Below the pieces are notes generated by a model. That model was not told where the DNA came from. It saw only the letters and a list, made by a program, of their open reading frames with translations, and ran no database searches. Source: an uncultured Lachnospiraceae bacterium (GTDB taxonomy: Bacteria > Bacillota > Clostridia > Lachnospirales > Lachnospiraceae). Taken from it: a stretch of DNA of 64,000 nucleotides. Positions 47,479-57,598 of this stretch are shown here, piece by piece (the stretch's first letter is position 1; each line of letters begins with the position of its first letter). The position numbers and the translations under genes are program-made. The stretch spans positions 3,903-67,902 of the forward strand of contig CANQAR010000006.1 in assembly GCA_947588845.1 (NCBI GenBank). Direction: 5' to 3'.

Positions 47479-49317
47479 ATGTGCGGAATAGTTGGTTATC
47501 TGGGAGAGCAGCAGGCTGCCCCGATTTTGTTGAATGGACTTTCGAAGCTGGAGTATCGGGGGTATGATTCCGCCGGTATCTGCGTGCGCGACGGGGAAGC
47601 GGATACGGTGGTTGTGAAGGCGAAGGGCCGTTTGAAAGTTCTCTCGGAGAAGACGGACGGAGGACACGCCGTAAGGGGAAAATGCGGGATCGGACATACG
47701 CGCTGGGCGACTCACGGGGAGCCGTCAGAGAAGAACGCGCACCCGCATCACTCTGCGGATAATAATGTGGTGGCGGTTCACAACGGAATCATAGAAAATT
47801 ATCAGGAACTGAAGGAAAAGCTGGTAAAGAAGGGCTACAGCTTTTATTCGCAGACTGACACGGAGGTGGCGGTCAACCTGATCGACTATTATTATAAAAA
47901 GAACGGCAGTGACCCGGTGAAGGCGCTGGAGCGCTCCATGATGCGCATCCGCGGTTCCTACGCGCTGGCCGTCATGTTTAAAGAGTATCCGGATGAGATC
48001 TACGCGGCCCGCAAGGACAGTCCGATGATCATCGGCGTCTCCGGCAGCGACGCCTATATAGCGTCCGATGTGCCCGCGATCCTCAGATATACGAGAAATG
48101 TCTATTATATCGGAAATATGGAAATCGCGCGTCTGCAGAAGGGCAGCGTGCAGTTCTTCAACATGGATCAGGAGGAGATCGAGAAAGAGCTGACGGAGAT
48201 CAAGTGGGATGAGGAGTCGGCAGAAAAAGGCGGCTATGAGCATTACATGATGAAGGAGATTCATGAGCAGCCGAAGGCAATCCGCGACACACTGAATTCC
48301 GTCATCCGCGACGGGGAGATCAGTTTCACGGATATCGGTCTGTCTGATGAGGAGATCCGCAGTATCAGCACGATCTATATCGTGGCCTGCGGCTCCGCGT
48401 ACCATGTGGGGATGACGCTCCAGTATGTGATTGAGGATCTGGCGCAGATTCCGGTGAGAGTGGAGCTGGCGTCGGAATTCCGCTACCGCGGGCCGCTGCT
48501 TGCGCAGGACGGACTTGTCGTTGTGATCAGCCAGTCCGGTGAGACGGCGGACAGCCTGGCGGCTCTGCGTGAAGCAAAAAGCAAAGGAATCCGCACGCTT
48601 GGCATTGTGAATGTGGTAGGCTCGTCGATCGCGCGGGAGGCAGACAATGTCTTCTACACACTGGCGGGGCCGGAAATCGCGGTCGCGACGACCAAGGCGT
48701 ACAGCGCGCAGCTCATCGCGGGTTACCTGCTCGCGATCCAGTTCGCGAAAGTCCGCGGGAATCTTGAGGAAGAGCAGTACCACCGGATGATCGCCGAACT
48801 TGGAACGCTTCCCGGAAAGATCGGGAAAATACTTGAGGACAAAGAGCGCATCCAGTGGTTCGCGTCGAAGTTTTCGAACGCGAAGGATATCTTCTTTGTC
48901 GGAAGGGGTATCGACTACGCGACCGGCATGGAGGGCAGTCTCAAGATGAAGGAGATCAGCTATGTGCACTCTGAGGCGTACGCCGCCGGCGAGCTGAAGC
49001 ACGGCACGATCAGCCTGATCGAGGAAGGCATCCTTGTCATCGGTCTGCTCACGCAGCAGGAACTGTACGAGAAGATGATCAGCAACCTGGTCGAGGTGAA
49101 GAGCCGCGGCGCCTATCTGATGGGACTGACGACGTACGGCAATTACAGTATTGAGGATACGGCGGATTTTGCCGTGTACATTCCGCGCACGGACAGCCAT
49201 TTTACGACGAGCCTCGCGATCATTCCGCTGCAGCTGCTCGGGTACTACGTGAGCGTGTCCAAGGGACTCGACGTGGATAAGCCGAGAAATCTGGCGAAGA
49301 GCGTGACGGTGGAGTGA
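47479..49317 (+). CDS. glmS: glutamine--fructose-6-phosphate aminotransferase
   Basis: MCGIVGY N-terminal nucleophile, two SIS domains and a C-terminal KSVTVE. AGGAGG RBS before ATG 47479. Confidence 0.95.
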   Translation: MCGIVGYLGEQQAAPILLNGLSKLEYRGYDSAGICVRDGEADTVVVKAKGRLKVLSEKTDGGHAVRGKCGIGHTRWATHGEPSEKNAHPHHSADNNVVAVHNGIIENYQELKEKLVKKGYSFYSQTDTEVAVNLIDYYYKKNGSDPVKALERSMMRIRGSYALAVMFKEYPDEIYAARKDSPMIIGVSGSDAYIASDVPAILRYTRNVYYIGNMEIARLQKGSVQFFNMDQEEIEKELTEIKWDEESAEKGGYEHYMMKEIHEQPKAIRDTLNSVIRDGEISFTDIGLSDEEIRSISTIYIVACGSAYHVGMTLQYVIEDLAQIPVRVELASEFRYRGPLLAQDGLVVVISQSGETADSLAALREAKSKGIRTLGIVNVVGSSIAREADNVFYTLAGPEIAVATTKAYSAQLIAGYLLAIQFAKVRGNLEEEQYHRMIAELGTLPGKIGKILEDKERIQWFASKFSNAKDIFFVGRGIDYATGMEGSLKMKEISYVHSEAYAAGELKHGTISLIEEGILVIGLLTQQELYEKMISNLVEVKSRGAYLMGLTTYGNYSIEDTADFAVYIPRTDSHFTTSLAIIPLQLLGYYVSVSKGLDVDKPRNLAKSVTVE

Positions 49318-49323
49318 CGCATT

Positions 49324-50928
49324 ATGGCAAAAATATTCAATACAACTGCCGCCTGTATACCAGAAGAGCATTATATGGTGAACATCGACAGGCGGCTGGA
49401 GGATATAAAGGCACTGGTCGATCAGAATAAGTATTTTACGATTAACCGCGCCCGACAGTATGGAAAGACAACGACATTGAAGGCTCTGGCAAAATATCTG
49501 CGGGAAGAATACTATGTCGTTTCCATGGATTTTCAGAAATTTGACGCGTTGAAATTTGAAAATGGAAATATTTTTTCAGTTTCATTTTTAACTACTTTTT
49601 TAAGGCTGTTTCAGACAAACCGTTCTGCCCTGACAGATGGGGTAAGAAAGGCAATCGATGATTTAAAAGAATGTATGATTTTGCAGGGCTCTTATTTTGG
49701 GATGAAAGAGCTCTTTGAAGGCCTGAGCGATATTTGCTCTGAATCTGAGAAACCGGTTGTGCTGATTATTGACGAAGTGGACAGCGCAGCGAATAATCAG
49801 GTATTTCTTGATTTCCTGGCACAGCTGAGAGCGTATTATATTGACCGCAGGGAGCGGGCTGCATTTTGGTCCGTCATCCTTGCGGGCGTATATGATATAA
49901 AAAACTTAAGGTACAAAATCCGTCCGGAAGATGAACATAAAGTCAACAGTCCGTGGAATATTGCCGCAGATTTTGAGATTGACATGAGTCTTTCAAAAGA
50001 AGGGATTGCGGGTATGCTCCTTGAGTATGAGGCGGATTATCACACAGGTATGGATGTTGAGAAGATGGCAGAAGAGATTTATCAGTATACTTCCGGATAT
50101 CCGTTTCTTGTTTCAAGGCTTTGCCAGCTGATGGATGAAAAAGTGAGCAGACAGGAAGAAGCCGGTTCTAAAGCCGCGGCATGGACAAAAGAGGGATTTT
50201 TGATGGCGGTGAATATGCTGCTTGCAGAAAAGAATACTCTGTTTGAGTCATTAATCGGGAAACTTGACATCTATCCGTCGCTGAATGCCATAATAAAAGA
50301 TATCCTCTTTGCAGGCAGGCCGGTCGCCTGTAATCCTGATCTGGCAGAACTTGATCTGGCTGCCATGTTTGGATTTATAAAAAATCAAAAGGGTCTGGTG
50401 GAGGTCGCAAACAGAATTTTTGAGACAAGGTTATATAATCTGTATCTTTCTGCAGAGGAGCTTCGAAATCAGGATATCTGCAGAAGATCGACAGCAGATA
50501 AAAGTCAGTTTATTACAGATGGACACCTGAATATGAGAAGGATTCTTGAAAAGTTTGCGGAGCATTTCCATGAACTTTATGGAAACAGGGAAGATACGTT
50601 TAAAGAGGAAGAAGGCCGGACATATTTCCTTCTTTACCTCCGGCCGATTATCAACGGAACGGGAAACTACTATATTGAAGCCCGGACAAGAAACATGACC
50701 CGGACAGATCTTATTGTGGACTATCATGGAGAGCAGTATGTGGTTGAGATGAAAATCTGGCATGGCAATGAGTACAACAACCGCGGAGAGCGGCAGCTGA
50801 TCGGTTATCTTGACGATTATGGTTTGAAAAAGGGATATATGATAAGCTTCAATTTTAATAAAAAGAAAGAAGTCGGCGTAAAAGAGCTCGTGATAGGTGA
50901 TAAGGTTCTGATCGAGGCAGTTATATAA
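49324..50928 (+). CDS. ATP-binding protein with C-terminal PD-(D/E)XK nuclease-like domain (intact paralog)
   Basis: P-loop-like RARQYGKTTTL and Walker-B-like VVLIIDEVD. C-terminal DLIVDYHGEQYVVEMKIW motif. Confidence 0.7.
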   Translation: MAKIFNTTAACIPEEHYMVNIDRRLEDIKALVDQNKYFTINRARQYGKTTTLKALAKYLREEYYVVSMDFQKFDALKFENGNIFSVSFLTTFLRLFQTNRSALTDGVRKAIDDLKECMILQGSYFGMKELFEGLSDICSESEKPVVLIIDEVDSAANNQVFLDFLAQLRAYYIDRRERAAFWSVILAGVYDIKNLRYKIRPEDEHKVNSPWNIAADFEIDMSLSKEGIAGMLLEYEADYHTGMDVEKMAEEIYQYTSGYPFLVSRLCQLMDEKVSRQEEAGSKAAAWTKEGFLMAVNMLLAEKNTLFESLIGKLDIYPSLNAIIKDILFAGRPVACNPDLAELDLAAMFGFIKNQKGLVEVANRIFETRLYNLYLSAEELRNQDICRRSTADKSQFITDGHLNMRRILEKFAEHFHELYGNREDTFKEEEGRTYFLLYLRPIINGTGNYYIEARTRNMTRTDLIVDYHGEQYVVEMKIWHGNEYNNRGERQLIGYLDDYGLKKGYMISFNFNKKKEVGVKELVIGDKVLIEAVI

Positions 50929-50942
50929 GAGAGGAAGAAGAT

Positions 50943-51551
50943 ATGAATCAGAAGGAGAGGATGCTGAACAGCCTGCCGTACAAGGCCTGGCTGGATCATC
51001 TTGGGGAGGAAAGAGACGCCTGCAAGGCGGCCATTTATGAGTTCAATCTGCTAAAGCCGGACGAACGGGCGAGGATACCGGAACTTTTGAAAAAACTGTT
51101 TGGCAAAACCGGGAAAAATATCTGGATCGAGCCGCCGTTTCACTGTGACTACGGGTGGAATATCGAGGCAGGCGAGAATTTTTTCGCCAACTACGGGCTG
51201 ACGATCCTGGATGTCGGCAAAGTGACATTTGGCGATAATGTGCAGATTGCGCCCAACGTTTCGATTTACACGGCGGGGCATCCCATTCATCCTGACAGCA
51301 GGAATTCCGGGTATGAATACGGGATTCCCATCACGATCGGAAACAATGTCTGGATTGGCGGAAGCGTTGTGATCCTTCCGGGAGTTACAATCGGCGACAA
51401 TGTGGTGATCGGCGCCGGGAGCGTGGTCACAAAGGATATCCCGGCCAATATGGTGGCCGCGGGCAATCCGTGCAGAATCATCAGAGAGATCACAGAGGAA
51501 GACAGAAAATTCTATTATAAAGACCGGGAGTTTGATGTGACTGATTATTAG
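50943..51551 (+). CDS. maa: maltose/galactoside O-acetyltransferase
   Basis: Mac N-terminal domain (MLNSLPYKAW) plus hexapeptide repeats ending in GNPCRIIREI. Confidence 0.85.
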   Translation: MNQKERMLNSLPYKAWLDHLGEERDACKAAIYEFNLLKPDERARIPELLKKLFGKTGKNIWIEPPFHCDYGWNIEAGENFFANYGLTILDVGKVTFGDNVQIAPNVSIYTAGHPIHPDSRNSGYEYGIPITIGNNVWIGGSVVILPGVTIGDNVVIGAGSVVTKDIPANMVAAGNPCRIIREITEEDRKFYYKDREFDVTDY

Positions 51552-51660
51552 ATTGGAATGCGCTTAACACAAGTGTTAAGTCGGTTATCATTCTGCGCAC
51601 TGTTTTTCCAGATCATGCTTTGTTATAATCATGATAAATATAAAACGCAGGAGGTCGTCT

Positions 51661-52062
51661 ATGGATATTGGAAAGACAATAAGGGAGTTAAGACAGAGAA
51701 GAGGAATTACGCAGGAAGTATTCTCGGAAGCACTGCAGGTTTCCGTTCAGACGGTATCCCGGTGGGAGAATGGCGTAAATGCTCCCGATCTGTCCATGCT
51801 TCCCCGGCTTGCCGTATATTTTAAAGTGACCACAGATTACCTTCTGGGAATGGAAAGGAATGATACAATGGCAAAGCTGCTGAAAACTACGGAAATATTT
51901 GAAGTGGCATCCAGGCAGGAAGCTGAGGAGATGGTGCTGAAATTTAAAGGCGAAAAATTTCCTGTCTTGAAGGACTCTAGAATCACTGATGCCGGAGATA
52001 AGGTGATTCTTGAAGTCGCAAAAGAATTCAATGCCGACCTTGATAGCATGAAATTCAGTTAA
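51661..52062 (+). CDS. XRE family transcriptional regulator
   Basis: IRELRQRRGITQEVFSEALQVSVQTVSRWENG HTH. AGGAGG RBS before ATG 51661. Confidence 0.8.
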   Translation: MDIGKTIRELRQRRGITQEVFSEALQVSVQTVSRWENGVNAPDLSMLPRLAVYFKVTTDYLLGMERNDTMAKLLKTTEIFEVASRQEAEEMVLKFKGEKFPVLKDSRITDAGDKVILEVAKEFNADLDSMKFS

Positions 52063-52090
52063 GAGTATTGAAAGTGGGGATTGTACGCCA

Positions 52091-52121
52091 GGGGGCCCGA
52101 GAAATCAGGTCCCCATTTTCA
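52091..52121 (+). terminator. terminator-like hairpin, paralog of the intron insertion site (unoccupied)
   Basis: GGGGGCC / GGTCCCC stem with a loop containing GAGAAATC, then ATTTTCA. Lies 29 nt after the XRE gene stop. Near-identical to 63101-63130. Confidence 0.5.
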
Positions 52122-52300
52122 ACGGTTTTTTCTGCCTTTGAGGGTTGAAAGTCTTTGGAGATTTGAAATGTTTATCGTTTCGGACAATATGACGGAAAAC
52201 TGCTCTGTATTCACGCTGACAGAGGATTGAAAAAATGGTATAGTTATTACATGGATCCATGTAGTGAAAGAATATCTTTTACAAATTCGGAGGCGGTAAA

Positions 52301-54757
52301 ATGCTGGAAAACAGGAAGATATCATTTCAGATATACAGCAGTAAGGAAGAATATGGCGGCTGGGCAGATGGTCTGGAAATCTGTTATGTGCTGAGAGGAA
52401 AAGGTTCTCTTACACTTTTGCGGAACAGACAGTGGCAGATATGTGAAAATGATATTTTTATCATTAATATGTATGAAATGTATCAGATTTCTCTGGATCC
52501 GGACGGGCTGATTCTGCGTTTGCGGATTCCGGAAGAATTTGTATTAAGCATTTATCCGGAAGCAGAATGCTTGAAAATGGATTGCTTTTCTTTCCTGTAT
52601 GGAAATGAGGAGCAGGAACGGTTTGACAGGCTGAGAGAGAAGACAGCAGATGTTTTCAAAATGTACAGCAAAAATGATTTTCAGGCCGAAATGCGGATGA
52701 GGGGGACTGTTTCCGGTCTCCTGGCGGAATTAATTTCTTCGTTTGGCAAAGAGAAAGGAAATGCACTGGGAAGAAGGGGCCGCGAACAGTTAGGGATGCT
52801 TATGGAGTATGTGCGGCAGCATTACCAGGAAGAGATATCGCTTACAAGCTTTTCCAGGGAGAGTCATTACAGTGCCTCCCATTTATCACATCTGATGAAA
52901 AGTGAGCTGGGAATCAGCTTTACAGAATACCTGAAAAGGATTCGCATTCAGCATGCGTTACAGCCTTTGCGGCAGGGGAAAAGTATTACGCAGACGGCAG
53001 AAATCACAGGATTTGCCAGCAGCAATGCGTTTATTAAAGCATTCCGTGATATCTATGGCGTTACGCCGGGAAAGTACAGAACAAAGCAGCAGATGGCGGC
53101 GGACACCGCGGATATGGAAGCGGGGGTAATTATAGACGAGCAGCATGCCGCCTCACATTTGTTTGACAGACTTTTTTCCTATATCGGCGCTGGCAGAGTG
53201 GAATCGGAAGAAAAACCGGAGCTTCCTGAGATGGAGCTGTGCAAGTGCAGAGTAAATATCCGCAAATCCGGGAATGAATTGTCAGAGAACTGGAAGTTTT
53301 CGATAAATGGCGGATACGCGAAAAGAATTTTATATGAACAGGTTCAGAAGACGATCCGTAAGGTTCAGGATGAGATTGGATTTCAGTATATCCGTGTAAA
53401 GGACATTTTTAATGATGAGCTTCAGATATGCACGAGAGATCTTGATGGAAGACTGATTTTTAATTATGTGCAGCTTGACAGTATCCTGGATTTTATAAAC
53501 GCCTGCCATGCAAAGCCCTGGATTGAGCTCAGTTATATGCCGTCTGCGCTGAGTACGGCAAAGCCGAGAGTGGGACGGGACGCCTGGCTGATTGCAATGC
53601 CGGATGATTTCGGGGAGTGGTTGGCACTCGTTCGTCATCTGCTGTGTCATATAAGGGAACGGTATGGGGAAAAAGAGATAAGCCAGTGGATCATTACCCC
53701 GTTTGCGGATATCTTTCTGGTGAATATGCATATGCAGAACAAGAACGGGTATTTCGAACTGTACAGAAAAACGTATGCGCTGATCCGGGAACTGCTTCCG
53801 CAGACCAGAATTGCGGCGAGAGGAACCTTTGAGAAGGACGGGTCAGGGCTTGGGGATTATATGGTACAGGAGGAGATTCTGCCGGATTTCTGGACCATGG
53901 TGAACTATAATTCTATATCGCCTTCCGAGGAAGAATCGGAATTGAATCTGGTAGAGAGCCTGGAGGCGTATTCTCTGGTGATCAGCAGGGATACGGAGCA
54001 TTTAAAGCATCAGATCACAAGTGAGAAAACAGAACTGAAAAAATACGGAATTGAAAAGCTCCCTTTGATCCTGGCGGAATGGAACAGCACGATCTGGCAG
54101 AGAGATCTGTGCAGTGACACCGCGTACAAAGCATGTTATCTGGTGAAGAATATACTGGAGAACTGCAATGATATTTCAGGCTTTTCTTACTGGCATGTAT
54201 CGGACTGGAATGACGACTATGTTCCTTCCCCGAGCCGTTTTCACGGAGGCTTCGGCCTGTTTACCCGGGATGGAATTCCGAAGGCAGCGTATGGTGCCCT
54301 GCGGCTTCTTAAGGAGGCAGAAGGCAGAATACTGGCGCAGGATGAAGGGTACATGGTTTTAAACTCTGATGGAAAGATCTTGATTTATCTGTACAATTAC
54401 TGCCCCTATGACATGCTCTACCGGTATCGCCATACCAGGGATATCAGCTTGAGAAACCGATACTGTGTATTCGAGGAGAAAAATGATATTTGTTATCAGA
54501 TAAAGCTGGAAGGTTTGACGCCTGGGATTTACCAGAAGAGGATCTGCCAGATCAGCAGAAAAGGAGGAAGCGCCTGCGACGCCTGGATACAGATGGGAGC
54601 GCCGGAAAAACTCACTGATCTGGAATATAACTATCTGCTTGCAGCTGGTATGCCGCGGTGTACTGCAGAGCGGATTGAGATCGGCGCAGAGTATATCGTA
54701 CAGAGTATTTTAAAGCCGCATACCGTGCAGCTGATCGAACTGCAGAAGGAAGCATGA
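52301..54757 (+). CDS. AraC-family regulator fused to a GH39-like glycoside-hydrolase-fold domain
   Basis: N-terminal cupin-like part. AraC HTH pair (SASHLSHLMKSELGISFTEYLKRIRIQHA, ITGFASSNAFIKAFRDIYGVTPGKYR). A C-terminal region of about 540 aa has TIM-barrel GH-like motifs (ELSYMP, LILAEWNST). Confidence 0.7.
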   Translation: MLENRKISFQIYSSKEEYGGWADGLEICYVLRGKGSLTLLRNRQWQICENDIFIINMYEMYQISLDPDGLILRLRIPEEFVLSIYPEAECLKMDCFSFLYGNEEQERFDRLREKTADVFKMYSKNDFQAEMRMRGTVSGLLAELISSFGKEKGNALGRRGREQLGMLMEYVRQHYQEEISLTSFSRESHYSASHLSHLMKSELGISFTEYLKRIRIQHALQPLRQGKSITQTAEITGFASSNAFIKAFRDIYGVTPGKYRTKQQMAADTADMEAGVIIDEQHAASHLFDRLFSYIGAGRVESEEKPELPEMELCKCRVNIRKSGNELSENWKFSINGGYAKRILYEQVQKTIRKVQDEIGFQYIRVKDIFNDELQICTRDLDGRLIFNYVQLDSILDFINACHAKPWIELSYMPSALSTAKPRVGRDAWLIAMPDDFGEWLALVRHLLCHIRERYGEKEISQWIITPFADIFLVNMHMQNKNGYFELYRKTYALIRELLPQTRIAARGTFEKDGSGLGDYMVQEEILPDFWTMVNYNSISPSEEESELNLVESLEAYSLVISRDTEHLKHQITSEKTELKKYGIEKLPLILAEWNSTIWQRDLCSDTAYKACYLVKNILENCNDISGFSYWHVSDWNDDYVPSPSRFHGGFGLFTRDGIPKAAYGALRLLKEAEGRILAQDEGYMVLNSDGKILIYLYNYCPYDMLYRYRHTRDISLRNRYCVFEEKNDICYQIKLEGLTPGIYQKRICQISRKGGSACDAWIQMGAPEKLTDLEYNYLLAAGMPRCTAERIEIGAEYIVQSILKPHTVQLIELQKEA

Positions 54758-54765
54758 AACAGAAA

Positions 54766-54809
54766 GAAAGCCCTCAAGTCTCGCACACTTGGGGCTTTCG
54801 TTTTGTGTT
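54766..54809 (+). terminator. Rho-independent terminator after the AraC-family gene
   Basis: GAAAGCCCTCAAG / CTTGGGGCTTTC stem (one bulge), then GTTTTGTGTT. Confidence 0.7.
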
Positions 54810-55144
54810 CCTTAAACGTATCTATCTCTCTGCCTTTTGGCATTATAGCATATGCTGTTCCGGATTGCAACATTCAATCTGCATTCGGATCTGAACCATC
54901 TCAATGGCTCATATATTTTGGTGAATATCTTAAAAAATCCCTTCAATAATATAGAAATATTGCTTTTTTATATTGAAAAATTATGAAATATTCAAAAATG
55001 GAAAAGAGATAAGAAAAATATAAACAGAAATAGTATATGAAATTTGCATTTTACAGGTATTTTATATAAATGGGAAGAGCTATAATAAGAGCACAAGAAA
55101 GGGAAACTTGTAAACGGAATATTAAGAAAGAAAAGGAGAAAAGA

Positions 55145-56629
55145 ATGATGAAAAAAAGATGGTTGGCGGTTGTTTTAAGTGCGGCGATGACATCAGGCAT
55201 GCTGGGCAGTCTCGGAGTAAAGGCAGCGGAAATTGACTTTGATGAGGAGCCTTACGAAGCGACTTTGATGTACTGGGTGGCGAACGACGCGAGGGATGTG
55301 GAAGCGGTAGAAGAAGAGTTTAATAAACTGACGATGGAGCAGCTCAATATGAAGGTGGATCTGATGCCGGTGACGCTCGGAACCTACGGACAGCAGATTC
55401 AGATGATTTTGTCCTCGGATGACAAGCTGGATATTTTCCCGTTCTGGCCGGGAAGCATGGGCACTTACATAGACGCGGACTATATTGTAGATATGAGCGA
55501 GTACCTGGAGGATTATGGTCAGGATCTGATCGATATCATCGGAGAAGACGATATCATGTGCTGCAGTATGGACGGTTTCCTGGGCGCTGTTCCGTCCATG
55601 CATGAGAGGACAAACCCGGTGTACATGGTAATGCGGACGGATCTGCTGGAGGAGAGCGGATTTAAGGCGGAAGATATCAAGACAATCGACGATATGACGC
55701 CGATTTATGCAAAGTTAAAGGAACTGCATCCGGATATGGTGATGTACGGCTGTGTAAATTCGATGACGTATCCGGTTGTTATTTTCAGCTCTCTGTTTGA
55801 TCCGCTTGGCGACAATAATTTTGGTGTTCTGATGGACGAAGGACAGACGACGACTGTGACGAACTGGTATGAGACGGATGAGTTTATGAATGCCTGCAAA
55901 ACGATGTATGAATGGAATCAGGCGGGATATACATCCGCAGATCTGGCAACTTCCAGCGATGGCGGAGAATCTCTGATGCGTGCCGGAAACCTGTTCTCCT
56001 TCACCACCTATGGAAAACCGAATACGAAAGTGGAAAAAGATTCCATGACCGGTTACGATACAACCTGCGTGCAGATTACAGATGATTTGTGCTGTACCAA
56101 GGTGACAAACTCTGTATGTTACGGAATTTCCACCAATTCAGAAGAGCCAGAAAAGGCAATGATGCTTCTGAACTGGATTTACAAGACGAAAGAGGCAAAT
56201 GACCTCCTGAACTGGGGAATTGAAGGCAGAGATTATGTGGTGACAGAGGATGGAACCATTGATTATCCGGAGGGAGTTACAGCAGAAAATGTCCAGTATC
56301 ATCAGGACTTTGGCTGGGCGCAGATGAATCAGTACAACAGCTATATCTGGAAAGGCAACTCTCCGGATCTTTGGGGTCAGTATCAGGAAGTAAGAGACAA
56401 CGCGGTGGTTTCCAAGGCGTACGGTTTCTTCTTTGACCCCACAAATGTGATCGATGAAATAGCGGCGCTTCAGACGGTTTCCGATGAGTATCTGATGTCT
56501 TTAGCCGCAGGAGCTCTGGATCCGGAGACGACGATCCCGGAGTTTAATGAAAAACTGTATGATACCGGACTTCAGGACGTGATCGATGAAAAGCAGGCGC
56601 AGCTTGACGCATGGCTGGAAGAACAGTAA
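55145..56629 (+). CDS. large extracellular solute-binding protein (LplA-like)
   Basis: Signal peptide MMKKRWLAVVLSAAMTSGMLGSLGVKA, about 495 aa. Followed by LplB/LplC-type permeases. Confidence 0.85.
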   Translation: MMKKRWLAVVLSAAMTSGMLGSLGVKAAEIDFDEEPYEATLMYWVANDARDVEAVEEEFNKLTMEQLNMKVDLMPVTLGTYGQQIQMILSSDDKLDIFPFWPGSMGTYIDADYIVDMSEYLEDYGQDLIDIIGEDDIMCCSMDGFLGAVPSMHERTNPVYMVMRTDLLEESGFKAEDIKTIDDMTPIYAKLKELHPDMVMYGCVNSMTYPVVIFSSLFDPLGDNNFGVLMDEGQTTTVTNWYETDEFMNACKTMYEWNQAGYTSADLATSSDGGESLMRAGNLFSFTTYGKPNTKVEKDSMTGYDTTCVQITDDLCCTKVTNSVCYGISTNSEEPEKAMMLLNWIYKTKEANDLLNWGIEGRDYVVTEDGTIDYPEGVTAENVQYHQDFGWAQMNQYNSYIWKGNSPDLWGQYQEVRDNAVVSKAYGFFFDPTNVIDEIAALQTVSDEYLMSLAAGALDPETTIPEFNEKLYDTGLQDVIDEKQAQLDAWLEEQ

Positions 56630-56645
56630 AACCGGGAGGTGTGCC

Positions 56646-57581
56646 ATGAAAACAAAAAAGCAGAAACCCCGTCTGACATGGACGACATTTAAAGGTTACA
56701 TACCGCTGTATCTGATGCTGCTGCCGGGTCTGGTCTACTTCTTTATCAACAATTACATTCCGATGGCAGGAATCATAGTAGCTTTCAAGAAATACAGCAA
56801 GCGAAAGGGAATTTACGGCAGCGACTGGTGCGGACTGAAAAATTTCGAGTTTCTGTTCAAGAATGACGCGGCGCTGATCATCCGGAACACTCTGCTTTAC
56901 AACATTGTATTTATTATCCTGGGAATGGTCGTCGGCGTGGCACTTGCGATCCTGATCACGGACGTGTACTCAAAACGCTGCAAGAGACTGTATCAGAGCG
57001 CGATCCTGCTTCCGTTCCTTGTGTCGATTGTTGTCGTGAGCTATATCGTATTTGCTTTTCTGAGTGCGGAGAACGGCATGGTGAACAATGGGCTTCTGAA
57101 GGCGCTGGGACTTCCGGCTGTCCAGTGGTACGCTGAGCCGAAATACTGGCCATTCATCCTGACTTTTGTGAACCTGTGGAAGGGCTGCGGATACGGAACA
57201 CTGATCTACATTGCCGGCATTACAGGGATCGATCCTGCTTTTTACGAAGCCGCGAGGCTGGACGGAGCAAGCCGGTGGAAACAAATCACAAATATCACAC
57301 TGCCCTGCCTGGTGCCGTCGCTGATCACGATGACCATGCTGAATATCGGCCGTATTTTCTGCTCCGATTTCGGACTGTTTTACCAGGTGCCGCAGAATTC
57401 AGGCGCTCTGTTCAGCGTAACGCAGACGATTGATACTTATGTGTATCGCGCGCTGATGTCTGCGGGAGGGATCGGCCGTTCCGCGGCAGCAGGATTCTTC
57501 CAGTCGATCGTAGGATTTATTCTGGTAATGGGGGCTAACTTCCTGGTGCGCAGGATCAGCCGTGAAAACGCGATGTTTTAG
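56646..57581 (+). CDS. sugar ABC transporter permease (LplB-like)
   Basis: Six TM segments. EAA loop YEAARLDGASRWKQITNITLP. GGGAGG RBS before ATG 56646. Confidence 0.9.
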   Translation: MKTKKQKPRLTWTTFKGYIPLYLMLLPGLVYFFINNYIPMAGIIVAFKKYSKRKGIYGSDWCGLKNFEFLFKNDAALIIRNTLLYNIVFIILGMVVGVALAILITDVYSKRCKRLYQSAILLPFLVSIVVVSYIVFAFLSAENGMVNNGLLKALGLPAVQWYAEPKYWPFILTFVNLWKGCGYGTLIYIAGITGIDPAFYEAARLDGASRWKQITNITLPCLVPSLITMTMLNIGRIFCSDFGLFYQVPQNSGALFSVTQTIDTYVYRALMSAGGIGRSAAAGFFQSIVGFILVMGANFLVRRISRENAMF

Positions 57582-57598
57582 GAAAGGGGGAAAGGAAA

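Noticed and set aside
47725-49371. 548-aa ORF on the minus strand.
   Set aside because: It is exactly antisense to glmS, is Arg/His/Leu-rich and shows no motifs. It is a shadow ORF.
52122-52165. Possible remnant of a second intron copy after the empty site, since GGGTTGAAAGTCT resembles the intron motif GGGTGAAAGTCCC.
   Set aside because: Only this 13-nt word is similar, with no GTGCG start and no further collinear similarity. It is probably coincidence.
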